From IMG/VR virus record IMGVR_UViG_3300029305_003884, positions 96,001 through 160,000 of that record: a stretch of 64,000 bases of DNA, one strand, 5' to 3'. Below the pieces are notes generated by a model. It saw nothing but the letters and a program-made list of their open reading frames with translations. It was not told where the DNA came from and made no database searches. Position 1 is the stretch's first letter, and each line of letters begins with the position of its first letter. The translations under genes were made by a program, and so were the position numbers. Shown in pieces: positions 18,345 through 27,185 of this stretch. Source of the DNA: a virus (lineage: Duplodnaviria > Caudoviricetes).

Positions 18345-20658
18345 GCTTGTCGTTGTGGTCCTTTGCGTATGCGTTATCCCAGTTACTGTCGTCAGTCAGG
18401 TTAGTATTGTCGAGTCCTACTTCCACTGTTGGAAGCAGTTGTGCCAAGTCCAGATTTTCGGTATCGAACATTGCCAGTTTCGGGTCCTTCTGACTGATTT
18501 CAAGATGGATACACGGGTCGACTTCCTTCGGTCCGAAACCCTTCGGGGCGTAATAGTCCATAAGCAGGGTCTGGTAGGAGTTGTCCTGTTTTCCGTTTGG
18601 CGTGTTCTTGTACGGTTCCGATGACATGTAGCAGATTGACGAGAACTTCTTCATCTGTGCCTCGGTCACCTTCGGGAACTTTGCGTAACATACGCTCGTC
18701 GCAATATCGACACACTGGGAGACACTCGGGTCCTTCGTGTGGTTGGAAACGGGGTTTTCATAGCCGAATGATTTGCACTTGGATATCATTGCGGCAAGTG
18801 CGGCCTTTGCTCCTGGTGAATTGGGAGGGAATGGTTCCTTTGCGTATGCCTGAACATATACGGGCTTTCCGAAACGGTCGGTAACGATTGAGCCGTCCTT
18901 TGAAATCTTCGGTTCGAGACCGTCATTTCCCTTTCCATAGAACTTATACCAGATACGGGCGTACTCGTCGGTCACTGCACGTCCCTTAGAACCGTATGCT
19001 ACAGTGGGCTGGCCAGTTTTCTGCATGCTGTTGAACATGATGGTGGCCTGTTTCTCGGGGCTTCTGTACAGAGATGTCACCATCACGTATTTCACCCCGG
19101 CCAGACGGGCCAGGTAAGTAATCACGTTCTTTGTCCTTGTGGACATTTCGCCTTCCGTAGCCTTGTTGTCGATTGTAACGTCGGTTGCTGGGGGCAAGGT
19201 CGAAGCTACATTCTCATGTACGAGAACTCTTGCGGCGAAGAGTCCTTTCAGGTTGCGGGAAATCATGTTTATTCTCTTGCATCGGTTGTCAATGCGAGAA
19301 AGGTCTGTACCATACTCTGGCGGACGGAACCCGACGTATTTGTAAATCAAGTTTGCTTCGTCACAACGGCGTTTCCTCATGTCCATATCGAGTGACTCTG
19401 GGTTTGTTCCGTATGTGAGTCTGGAAAGGATGTCTGCTATGTAAGTGAAATACTGGTTGGCGAGCTTTTCGTCACGAGGAACACCCTCTACCGTAATCGA
19501 CCTGGTGGAGTTCTTTTGTACTGTAACGACCTGTCCGTTTTGAATATACTTGTCACCTTTTAAAGGAACCATAGACAATGTCTTTGAGTATCCAAGGTGG
19601 TAATACATTCCTGTACGAAGGCAATAGCTCAAAAATGCCGATGTTGCGTAGTTTCCGCTGACATCGCAAGCGAATCCAGAGGTCTTCAAGTAGCTAACCA
19701 AAGCTGTCTTAACACAATCGGGGCATGAGTTGTGGCTTAGCATACCCCAATGGTAGTAAGGCCAATTCTGTTGGTAAACAATCGGGCCCCATACGGCCAT
19801 TTGAACATAGCGGTAGAACGAGAATCTAATCTGGGTTTCGGTTAGTGTAAGTCCCTTCACGTCATCGTCAAGGTCATTATAAGTCTTCCCGAGTACGACG
19901 GCGTTGGATGCCTTCATAATTAGTTCAAACTGTTCTTCCTGAATGCCGCCCTTCACGTCGCCTTGCGGTTCGCCATTCTCGTCAACCGTCACGACAGCAA
20001 ATATCTTTTTGAGAACCATCTCACGGGTACTGCCACCGATATCGAGAGGGATACCAGCGCCGATGTAGATGCTTCCTTCCGAATCATAGATGGTCGGGCT
20101 CTTCTTAATCTCATGGTCATAGAGGAATGACCAGTCAGGCATGAAATGTCCTCTACGGAAACACGAACCCATGCTGATGGGAAGGCCTCCCAATCCGATA
20201 AGGAGAGGCGGTAGAATGTCGATATCGTACGGGTTCAGGCCCATAGCGGCGGCGTTTGCGGAATACATGCTTTCGGCGGATGCTCCGACAGGGGCAAAAA
20301 CACCGCTAGCGGATATACCCGCCTGAATCGTGTCGGTCTTTGCCTTGGTACAGGTAAGGAAACCATCGAGCTTGTTGATGATTTCTTCCAGCTTCGTTGT
20401 CATAACGCCATAGGACTCGTTTCCAAGGAAATCCTTTATCATGTCGGAGATAGCGGAAGCGAGAGCGCTCATGCGGCGTTTGTTGTACTCTGGTACGGAA
20501 TCTCGTTGCCAAGGGGTCAAGCCGTTGCTTTCGTCGTCGATGTCATAGAAACCGTACTTGTTCAGAATCGAGTAGAAAGCACCTTCCCTGTCGGTGGTCT
20601 GTGCAGCAGCATCGTCGATAGCTGTCTTGAGTTCCCCTGTGTAGTGACCTGAAATCAT
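18331..20658 (-). CDS. Putative peptidoglycan hydrolase: phage-lysozyme-like domain plus M15-like peptidase domain
   Basis: FLYDHE..PTIYDSEGSIYIGAG and RKRRCDEANL (GH24-like ends); VTSLYRSPEKQ, SNH...CVDIA and CIHLE (M15/LAS-like). Confidence 0.6.
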   Translation of the reverse strand: MISGHYTGELKTAIDDAAAQTTDREGAFYSILNKYGFYDIDDESNGLTPWQRDSVPEYNKRRMSALASAISDMIKDFLGNESYGVMTTKLEEIINKLDGFLTCTKAKTDTIQAGISASGVFAPVGASAESMYSANAAAMGLNPYDIDILPPLLIGLGGLPISMGSCFRRGHFMPDWSFLYDHEIKKSPTIYDSEGSIYIGAGIPLDIGGSTREMVLKKIFAVVTVDENGEPQGDVKGGIQEEQFELIMKASNAVVLGKTYNDLDDDVKGLTLTETQIRFSFYRYVQMAVWGPIVYQQNWPYYHWGMLSHNSCPDCVKTALVSYLKTSGFACDVSGNYATSAFLSYCLRTGMYYHLGYSKTLSMVPLKGDKYIQNGQVVTVQKNSTRSITVEGVPRDEKLANQYFTYIADILSRLTYGTNPESLDMDMRKRRCDEANLIYKYVGFRPPEYGTDLSRIDNRCKRINMISRNLKGLFAARVLVHENVASTLPPATDVTIDNKATEGEMSTRTKNVITYLARLAGVKYVMVTSLYRSPEKQATIMFNSMQKTGQPTVAYGSKGRAVTDEYARIWYKFYGKGNDGLEPKISKDGSIVTDRFGKPVYVQAYAKEPFPPNSPGAKAALAAMISKCKSFGYENPVSNHTKDPSVSQCVDIATSVCYAKFPKVTEAQMKKFSSICYMSSEPYKNTPNGKQDNSYQTLLMDYYAPKGFGPKEVDPCIHLEISQKDPKLAMFDTENLDLAQLLPTVEVGLDNTNLTDDSNWDNAYAKDHNDKLNAS

Positions 20659-21368
20659 TTCTTTTTCCCTCTGAGATGGATAATGACGCTACCGTTTTCG
20701 CCGTTGTTCTTTCCGCTGTGTCCCTTACCGACGAACGTGTAGTCCATTTGCTTGCCGTCATGCATGAATGTCAGCTTTACATCCTTTTCTATGAACCCAG
20801 TTCCATTGCATACGCTGCATTTTTCCTGAGGTTCAAGCCCACGACCGTTGCAGAATTTACATGCGAGGACTACGTCATGGAGACCATCATCTTTGCGTTC
20901 GACCGTGCGAACCTTACCGATACCGTTGCAATGGGTGCATTTCCTGAACCTGCTGGCACCAGTGCCCGAGCAGTTGTAGCACAGGCACCTGCGGACGTAC
21001 TTTACGCTGATTTCGCCTGGGCAGAACAGCTTTTCGTCACTCAACCTTATGGTGCGGGTTACGTTCCTTCCCCGTTTCTGGTATTTCTTGTCGACTGGCT
21101 TCTTGTGGAAGTTCTTGCAGATGTTGCATTCGCCGAATAGCTTTGACCATAGTGTAAAATCGGAGTTGTTCTGGTGTTCACGGTCATATTTCTTACGGAG
21201 TTCTTCTGTTTTAATCAGATTGTATGCTTCCGTGATTTCAGCCATCTTGTCGGAAGTGTCCGATTTAGAGTGGTCGGGGTGAAACTGTATCGCCAACTGG
21301 CGGTACGCCTCTTTCACCTGTTTGTCGGTGCAATCTGGCTCTAAGTTTAGTACGCTATACGGGTTCAT
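20655..21368 (-). CDS. dnaJ: DnaJ co-chaperone (J domain plus Zn finger, short C-terminus)
   Basis: NPYSVL, HPD motif and four CxxCxGxG repeats. ATG 21368 follows AAGAGG (ORF track start 21386). Confidence 0.92.
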   Translation of the reverse strand: MNPYSVLNLEPDCTDKQVKEAYRQLAIQFHPDHSKSDTSDKMAEITEAYNLIKTEELRKKYDREHQNNSDFTLWSKLFGECNICKNFHKKPVDKKYQKRGRNVTRTIRLSDEKLFCPGEISVKYVRRCLCYNCSGTGASRFRKCTHCNGIGKVRTVERKDDGLHDVVLACKFCNGRGLEPQEKCSVCNGTGFIEKDVKLTFMHDGKQMDYTFVGKGHSGKNNGENGSVIIHLRGKKK

Positions 21369-21389
21369 TTTGTGCCTCTTTTTCACTCA

Positions 21390-21399
21390 ATAGTTTATA
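21390..21399 (-). promoter_or_regulatory. Putative late promoter TATAAACTAT
   Basis: Exact decamer upstream of dnaJ-lysin. Confidence 0.75.
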
Positions 21400-21427
21400 T
21401 TGCGTGCGGGAAATCGTGCCGCTATAT

Positions 21428-21437
21428 TATAAACTAT
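21428..21437 (+). promoter_or_regulatory. Putative late promoter TATAAACTAT
   Basis: Exact decamer, divergent partner of the 21390 copy. Confidence 0.75.
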
Positions 21438-21461
21438 GTTAGAATAATGCTGGATTGACTT

Positions 21462-21956
21462 ATGGATGCAAAAATTCTGACAGAAGCTCACTGGAAACGC
21501 AAAAAGACCAAGGGCAAGAAAGGTGGAACGCCTAGGTTCCAGCCAACGATTGGGTTTGGTTCCCGTAAATTTATCGGTGCATACGCTCCTGGAAGAGCGT
21601 ATGGCCCAGCATTCCCTATGGGTTTCGGTTGGGGCGAGATGTCAAGCGTTCCTGGCGGCCCTTGCGGAGACGGTACGGTGGCTGCCGACGCATCTGGTGC
21701 TATGGAAGCTGCCGAGGGAGTAGCGAACGACGACGAAGACTTGATGATTAGCGACAGGGATAAGCTCATTTATGCCCTTCGTGGAATCATCGAGAACGCC
21801 AAGGTTGCCTACGAGGCGGTTACTGGCGTTCCGTATGACGAAGAAGACGATGTCCCCGAGAAGAAGGATGAAAACCCATCCGAACAGGAAGAGCCAGGTG
21901 AAGTCGAATATGACGATGACGATGGCCCAGACGAAGACGGTAGTGACGATAACTAA
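21462..21956 (+). CDS. Hypothetical late protein with basic N-terminus and acidic C-terminus
   Basis: 164 aa ORF after a late motif; has ILTEA near the N-terminus. Confidence 0.7.
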   Translation: MDAKILTEAHWKRKKTKGKKGGTPRFQPTIGFGSRKFIGAYAPGRAYGPAFPMGFGWGEMSSVPGGPCGDGTVAADASGAMEAAEGVANDDEDLMISDRDKLIYALRGIIENAKVAYEAVTGVPYDEEDDVPEKKDENPSEQEEPGEVEYDDDDGPDEDGSDDN

Positions 21957-21967
21957 GCGGTAAGGTT

Positions 21968-24145
21968 ATGGATAATAATGACGTCCTACAAGATGTAGTT
22001 GACAGCGTCTACCAGAAGACGTTGCTTAGTATACCAGCATCGGTTACATCTATTGCTGACGCCGTCAATGATGAGTTCATCAACAATTTCATCATGTTCT
22101 TCAAGGGAAGTCGGTTGGATTCCGTTCCTCTGTTGGACCCTCTTAACGACAAAAGCCGTCAAAAGGTGATAGAGCTTTTCGAGTCAATCGAAACTGACTT
22201 CTACAAAACCAGCAATAGTACGACAGACGTATCGACATTGCATAGGGACATGAACACCCTTAATATGTACCTTGACGGCAGGAAATCCTATGACGATGTG
22301 GTGAAGGATGCATACCATAACGTACAGAATATGGCGGGTGCGAACGCTGAAGCCGCTGAGCTTGTCAATAAGGTGAATGAGAAAAGACAGGGTATTCAGG
22401 CGTTCATGAGGCAGCGTGGGTCTTCATACGACAACGATACTCGTGAAGGAATACGCACGCATTTCTTGGAAAACGGTCTTATTTTCGAGACGACCGACTC
22501 GCAGGGTAATCCTATCGACAAGATAGTACCCGAGGAAATGCAGAAGCGTCCGAGTGAAGTTGAGGAACTGATGAACGCCGTCATGCAAGTAGTCAATAAT
22601 GCCAGAACGATTACTGGTATTTCTGACTGTAGATGGGCGGGCTTTCTTTCGGCATCTGGCCTTAAAATTGGTAAAGAGATTGTCGGTAGCGTTGAACGGG
22701 GTGACCCTATCATGCATGCATACCAGGCATGCCAGACGGTGGCCGAGGCAAGTAAGGAAAGGGCTCTTCTTCTCAAAAAGAACATCGTTCATAACGAAGA
22801 AACTTCTTTGTCGTATTCGGGTGACCCGTACATGTCATTATTGTTTGACATGATTAAGGAAGGGAAGGTGACTAAGGAGCCTACTGGCCCTATAACTATC
22901 GTTGATGCAACTAAGATAACGGTAGATGATATCAGAACACTCTATAATCATGTAAAGAGCGCTTTGTTCAATCTAGGCCCGATTGAGACCAGTCCAGTAC
23001 AGTTCACCGAGAACTTCGATGAGAAGGCAATGCGCTTGAAAGAATATATCGAGTTCATGAATAGCCGTGAGATTAGCTCTATTGTCGCTCAGGACAAAAC
23101 ACTAAAGAGCAATATGACGAAGTTGATTGCGGCATACATCCTATCAAAGTCGGTGCATGATACATTTGATGGTTGTAGCATGATGTACTCGAAGACTGAC
23201 GTCACGATGGATGATGGAAAGCTTCCATCGCTGGACACATTCAAACAGGCAATAGACACGAACTGCAAGTCATTCCCTAATTCGGACATTGACAGGGACT
23301 ATATCTTTGACTACAAGATAATGTTCACGTCTGAAATACCGTATTTCCCGATTGAACAAATTGTCAAACATAATCCGATTCTCTATAACCTGATGGTTGA
23401 ATACTCCCGCAGTTGCATGGATGACTTTACATCAAGGGTAATGGAAAAGCGTGCCAACTCAAACATACCCGTACAACATATTTCGGGTGAGTTTGCTGAC
23501 CACTTTAACGAACAGATGCGAGGTGTTGCACGTATTGATGAGTACTGCGAGAAATTGAAGATATCTACACTGGTTAATCCGACTCAGTTTGCCGATGCTT
23601 TCAATGCGGTATCTAACGGGATTGCTTATGCATCCAGCAAGGATATTAACGACACGGAGACTGAGTACAGGCTTTGGTCAATTCTGAAGACTCTTGCAAG
23701 CAAGACGCCCGAAGCTCTCGGAAATGACGTGAAGAAGGAATTCATCAATGTCTCACATGTACAAGAAGACCTGTTGTTTAGACTGAATCTTGCTATCAGT
23801 GCTGGCGTTCTTTCAAAGAAATCGGGATACCACTTCTCGGGTAACTTCGGTACGGTTACGGAAGGACGAAATCCACAGGCCACACGTATCGACCGAATCA
23901 TGAAGATATTCTATGCATATATTATTGGGTTGCGTTTCATTAAGACTAATGCCGCATTGGCAATGGTGGGCTACCCAAGAATAATGAGCATGAAACTGGT
24001 CAAGCCTTACATGAACAAGATATATGAATTGGTGAAGGAATACAATACCGCCTTTGAGGAAAACCATGCCGAGACATTGCAATGCTCACGGGAGTGGTCG
24101 GATAAAATAATTGCCGAGCTTGAAAGGTGTTTTAGGAGGGTTTAA
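21968..24145 (+). CDS. Hypothetical late protein (725 aa)
   Basis: Long ORF with AAGG RBS. No recognised motif. Confidence 0.8.
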   Translation: MDNNDVLQDVVDSVYQKTLLSIPASVTSIADAVNDEFINNFIMFFKGSRLDSVPLLDPLNDKSRQKVIELFESIETDFYKTSNSTTDVSTLHRDMNTLNMYLDGRKSYDDVVKDAYHNVQNMAGANAEAAELVNKVNEKRQGIQAFMRQRGSSYDNDTREGIRTHFLENGLIFETTDSQGNPIDKIVPEEMQKRPSEVEELMNAVMQVVNNARTITGISDCRWAGFLSASGLKIGKEIVGSVERGDPIMHAYQACQTVAEASKERALLLKKNIVHNEETSLSYSGDPYMSLLFDMIKEGKVTKEPTGPITIVDATKITVDDIRTLYNHVKSALFNLGPIETSPVQFTENFDEKAMRLKEYIEFMNSREISSIVAQDKTLKSNMTKLIAAYILSKSVHDTFDGCSMMYSKTDVTMDDGKLPSLDTFKQAIDTNCKSFPNSDIDRDYIFDYKIMFTSEIPYFPIEQIVKHNPILYNLMVEYSRSCMDDFTSRVMEKRANSNIPVQHISGEFADHFNEQMRGVARIDEYCEKLKISTLVNPTQFADAFNAVSNGIAYASSKDINDTETEYRLWSILKTLASKTPEALGNDVKKEFINVSHVQEDLLFRLNLAISAGVLSKKSGYHFSGNFGTVTEGRNPQATRIDRIMKIFYAYIIGLRFIKTNAALAMVGYPRIMSMKLVKPYMNKIYELVKEYNTAFEENHAETLQCSREWSDKIIAELERCFRRV

Positions 24146-24147
24146 AG

Positions 24148-25539
24148 ATGTCCGCTAGGTTGGAACTTTACAAATATACAGGAAAGGATGGAGACTTCGG
24201 CACACATGTCGAGAGTCTTGGTCTCAAACGCATCGACACATGCGTTCCCTCGGTTTACTCTGATAAACATTCGGACGGAGAAACTAAACCGTCGGATGAT
24301 GCAAGCGACAGTGCGACATACTGCATTTACAGGCCTGACGACCCTGAGTGCAAGGCATACTCTTTCGAGTGTGTTTTCAAGCTCGTGTTGAAGGACCCGC
24401 CCGATGTACAGTTGAGCAACGTACGTCTGTATCCAGTCGGACCTCGACCAGAGGAACCAGATACTGCAAGGCTGTATATAGGCAATTCGGTGGACTATCA
24501 CCAGCCGACGAACAGCAAGTCGGTAATCGCCGTAAACGACATCTGGAATTACAGCAAGGACCATCCATTCTACCTGACGGTGGCTGGAAACAGCGGTCAG
24601 ATGCTCGACTATCGTCTGACGAATACGTCGTACAATGTCGAGTGGAAGGACTATGGTTTTGGCAACGTAATGGTCATGAACGGTATCCGTCAGCCGATGA
24701 TACCAGTCCCGAACAAGCAGGACGGTACTCCTGTAATGATTACGTTCTTCAACCACACGTTCATGCCTACCGAGGACGACTTCATCAGGTTTGTCGACCC
24801 GGCCACAGGCGTAGACATCACTGGCGACAGCTCCTTTGTCGTAGACCGTGGAGTTGGCGAGAATAACGTGAAGTATCTGACGATATCGGTTGACGTGAAG
24901 TTTATGCTCGCCCACCCGAAGGGAATCATCTATCATATTCCTGGTTTCCCTCCGACTACTGGCTACTTTATTTCATGGGCGTTGTTGCCTTCTCAGGCCG
25001 AACCTGGTGGAAAGGTTACGGACAAGTTGATTGAGACAGTGGACGTGCAGGTTAAGTGCGGTCCACACGGTCATCCAGAATACTACCTTAACGGTGCAAG
25101 GAAGCCAATGCTGACCTTGGCCCCTGGTGTAATCTACCATTTCATCAACCATGACGGCTCCCGTTTCCCGATGAGGTTCATCAAGGATTGCCGAATCCCG
25201 AACGCCGCTGATGTTAATAACATAGTGGTTGATGGCGTAACTGTCCTCAACGGGGGTACTGACCAGGAAGAAATCTTTGTTGACCCAGAAATTACCTTGA
25301 AACATGGTGCCTGCATAAACGCCTACGAGGCTGTATGCGAGCTGAATGTTGGTAATTCGGCGTTCGTCCACCCGATTTGCATGGTCGGAAACTACAATAT
25401 CTGCCGTCCGATGGGTTCGATTTACAACCCGATGCTGGCGGGAGAGACGGATTACGTCTACTTGCAGCTTGAAATCGACGGAAAGACCAAGCCAGGGTAC
25501 TGTGTTCCCGACATTAAGATAGAATATGATGAAAACTAA
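24148..25539 (+). CDS. Putative virion structural protein
   Basis: YSFECVFKL..PPDVQLSNVRLY and TDYVYLQLEI...YDEN frame two internal repeats (MNGIRQPMI..FFNH..FIRFVD / LNGARKPML..HFINH..PMRFIKD). Confidence 0.55.
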   Translation: MSARLELYKYTGKDGDFGTHVESLGLKRIDTCVPSVYSDKHSDGETKPSDDASDSATYCIYRPDDPECKAYSFECVFKLVLKDPPDVQLSNVRLYPVGPRPEEPDTARLYIGNSVDYHQPTNSKSVIAVNDIWNYSKDHPFYLTVAGNSGQMLDYRLTNTSYNVEWKDYGFGNVMVMNGIRQPMIPVPNKQDGTPVMITFFNHTFMPTEDDFIRFVDPATGVDITGDSSFVVDRGVGENNVKYLTISVDVKFMLAHPKGIIYHIPGFPPTTGYFISWALLPSQAEPGGKVTDKLIETVDVQVKCGPHGHPEYYLNGARKPMLTLAPGVIYHFINHDGSRFPMRFIKDCRIPNAADVNNIVVDGVTVLNGGTDQEEIFVDPEITLKHGACINAYEAVCELNVGNSAFVHPICMVGNYNICRPMGSIYNPMLAGETDYVYLQLEIDGKTKPGYCVPDIKIEYDEN

Positions 25540-25561
25540 TTTTTAACAGCTGATTAAATCC

Positions 25562-25571
25562 TATAAACTAT
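25562..25571 (+). promoter_or_regulatory. Putative late promoter TATAAACTAT
   Basis: Exact decamer. Confidence 0.75.
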
Positions 25572-25602
25572 GTGTATAATGAATCGTTTTACGAGGAAGA
25601 AA

Positions 25603-27075
25603 ATGTCTAACGAAAAAGAACAGAAACCAACGGTGCTTGAAGCAAACATGGCCTTTGATGCTTCGCCCGCTCTTTTCGAGTCAATTATGAACGAAGGTCC
25701 CATCAAGTATGGACCGGAAGACGACGGTATTGACATGATTACTACCCCAGAAGGTGATGAGGTTGTAGACCCTCGTACCATCATGGACGTTAATATCGAA
25801 GCTCCCGTACAGTCTGGTGCGACATTCAATTCAACAGTTGACCCGATTTCCGATGAAGAAGGCGACAACTACATGAGTCAGTTCCAGGACTACATCGAGA
25901 ATATCCACAAGCAGGAAATCACTGATGACGATATTGACGTGGCTGGTGCAACGATTCAGATGTTGAATAACACTAGACAGGACGTTGCTGGTTACATCCG
26001 TCAGCAGATTGCCGACGCATCCGAACGTCTTAGCAAGCAGAATGCCAACCCTGCACAGCCTGATGGCGTTGTTGCCGACATGACTGGCGAGGGCCGTATC
26101 CCGAGCGAAGGTACTGCTGGTGTTAGCGATGGTGCCGAAGGTGGTCTGGAACCTGGCATGGAAGAAGGCGCACCTGACCTTGGCGATGGCGGACTTGTCG
26201 AACTCGACACTACCACTCATCTCACCCCAGAGGAAGATGCTGGTGCTGGTGAAGACCTTGGTGCCATGTCTTCTGACCCCGACTTCGGTATTGGCGGTTT
26301 TGATGCTGGTAACGAAGCTCCTGCTGAACCTGCCGAACCTGCTCTTGAAGAGCCTGCTGAACCTGCTGCTGGTGAAGAAACTCCTGCCGAACCTGAAAGT
26401 GCAGAAGAACCTGCAGGAGGAGAGGAAGAGTACGACCCTTTTAGCGACCTAGACCTTGGCGACGAAGAACCGAAGTCCGGCGAAGGTGCTTCCGAGGAAG
26501 GTGCTGCTGAAGGTGGCGAATCGGAAAGTGGCGAAGTTTCAGAAGATGAACTTCCTGGTGTCGTTGACGATGGCGAAGGCGAAGGCGATGGTGACGGCGA
26601 AGAAGAGGACAAGGGTGAAAAGCCGTTGACTGAATCCGTCCAGATGAGAAACTTTCGTGCCCGTCTCGAATCCGTGCTGAACAACTACGACAGAATCTGT
26701 AAGCAGCGTGAAGCACAGGCAAAGTGCGAAGCCATTGTGAACGCAGCCAACAAGAAGATGCTCGCTGAATCCGTACAGCAAAAGAACCTCAAGGCGCAGT
26801 GCGAATCTATCGTTGGTGCTTACCGTAAGGCCACTAGCCAGAGCAGACTGAAAACCAAGCTTGAATCTATCGTTGGCAAGTACAACCAGCAGAAGATGCT
26901 CGCTGAATCGGCTTCTTTCGCTGCTCCGCAGAGTAAGCCTATGCTTGAAAGCGAAAACCGTCTTGCAATGATGAAGGCTCAGTGCGAGTCCATCGTTAGC
27001 GACTTCCGCAGGGCAGAATCCACTGCAAATGCGGCAAAGGCGATTATCGATAACTACAAGCAGAAGCTCGCCTAA
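25603..27075 (+). CDS. Acidic prohead core/scaffold-like protein with repeated x-E-S-I-V motifs
   Basis: Very acidic E/G/P-rich middle; C-terminal helical repeats RLESV, KCEAIV, MLAESV, QCESIV, KLESIV. ATG 25603 follows GAGGA (ORF track start 25570). Confidence 0.55.
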   Translation: MSNEKEQKPTVLEANMAFDASPALFESIMNEGPIKYGPEDDGIDMITTPEGDEVVDPRTIMDVNIEAPVQSGATFNSTVDPISDEEGDNYMSQFQDYIENIHKQEITDDDIDVAGATIQMLNNTRQDVAGYIRQQIADASERLSKQNANPAQPDGVVADMTGEGRIPSEGTAGVSDGAEGGLEPGMEEGAPDLGDGGLVELDTTTHLTPEEDAGAGEDLGAMSSDPDFGIGGFDAGNEAPAEPAEPALEEPAEPAAGEETPAEPESAEEPAGGEEEYDPFSDLDLGDEEPKSGEGASEEGAAEGGESESGEVSEDELPGVVDDGEGEGDGDGEEEDKGEKPLTESVQMRNFRARLESVLNNYDRICKQREAQAKCEAIVNAANKKMLAESVQQKNLKAQCESIVGAYRKATSQSRLKTKLESIVGKYNQQKMLAESASFAAPQSKPMLESENRLAMMKAQCESIVSDFRRAESTANAAKAIIDNYKQKLA

Positions 27076-27098
27076 TACGGTCTGTAATATATTTCATT

Positions 27099-27129
27099 AG
27101 ACGGCGTAAGTATTTACGCCGCCTTTTTT
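27099..27129 (+). terminator. Intrinsic terminator
   Basis: CGGCGTAAG-TA-TTTACGCCG followed by CCTTTTTT. Confidence 0.75.
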
Positions 27130-27152
27130 ATGGTCTGAAATTCGTACCAGAT

Positions 27153-27162
27153 TATAAACTAT
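27153..27162 (+). promoter_or_regulatory. Putative late promoter TATAAACTAT
   Basis: Exact decamer upstream of the baseplate operon. Confidence 0.75.
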
Positions 27163-27185
27163 TTTTGAAATAAAGGCAGTTTATT

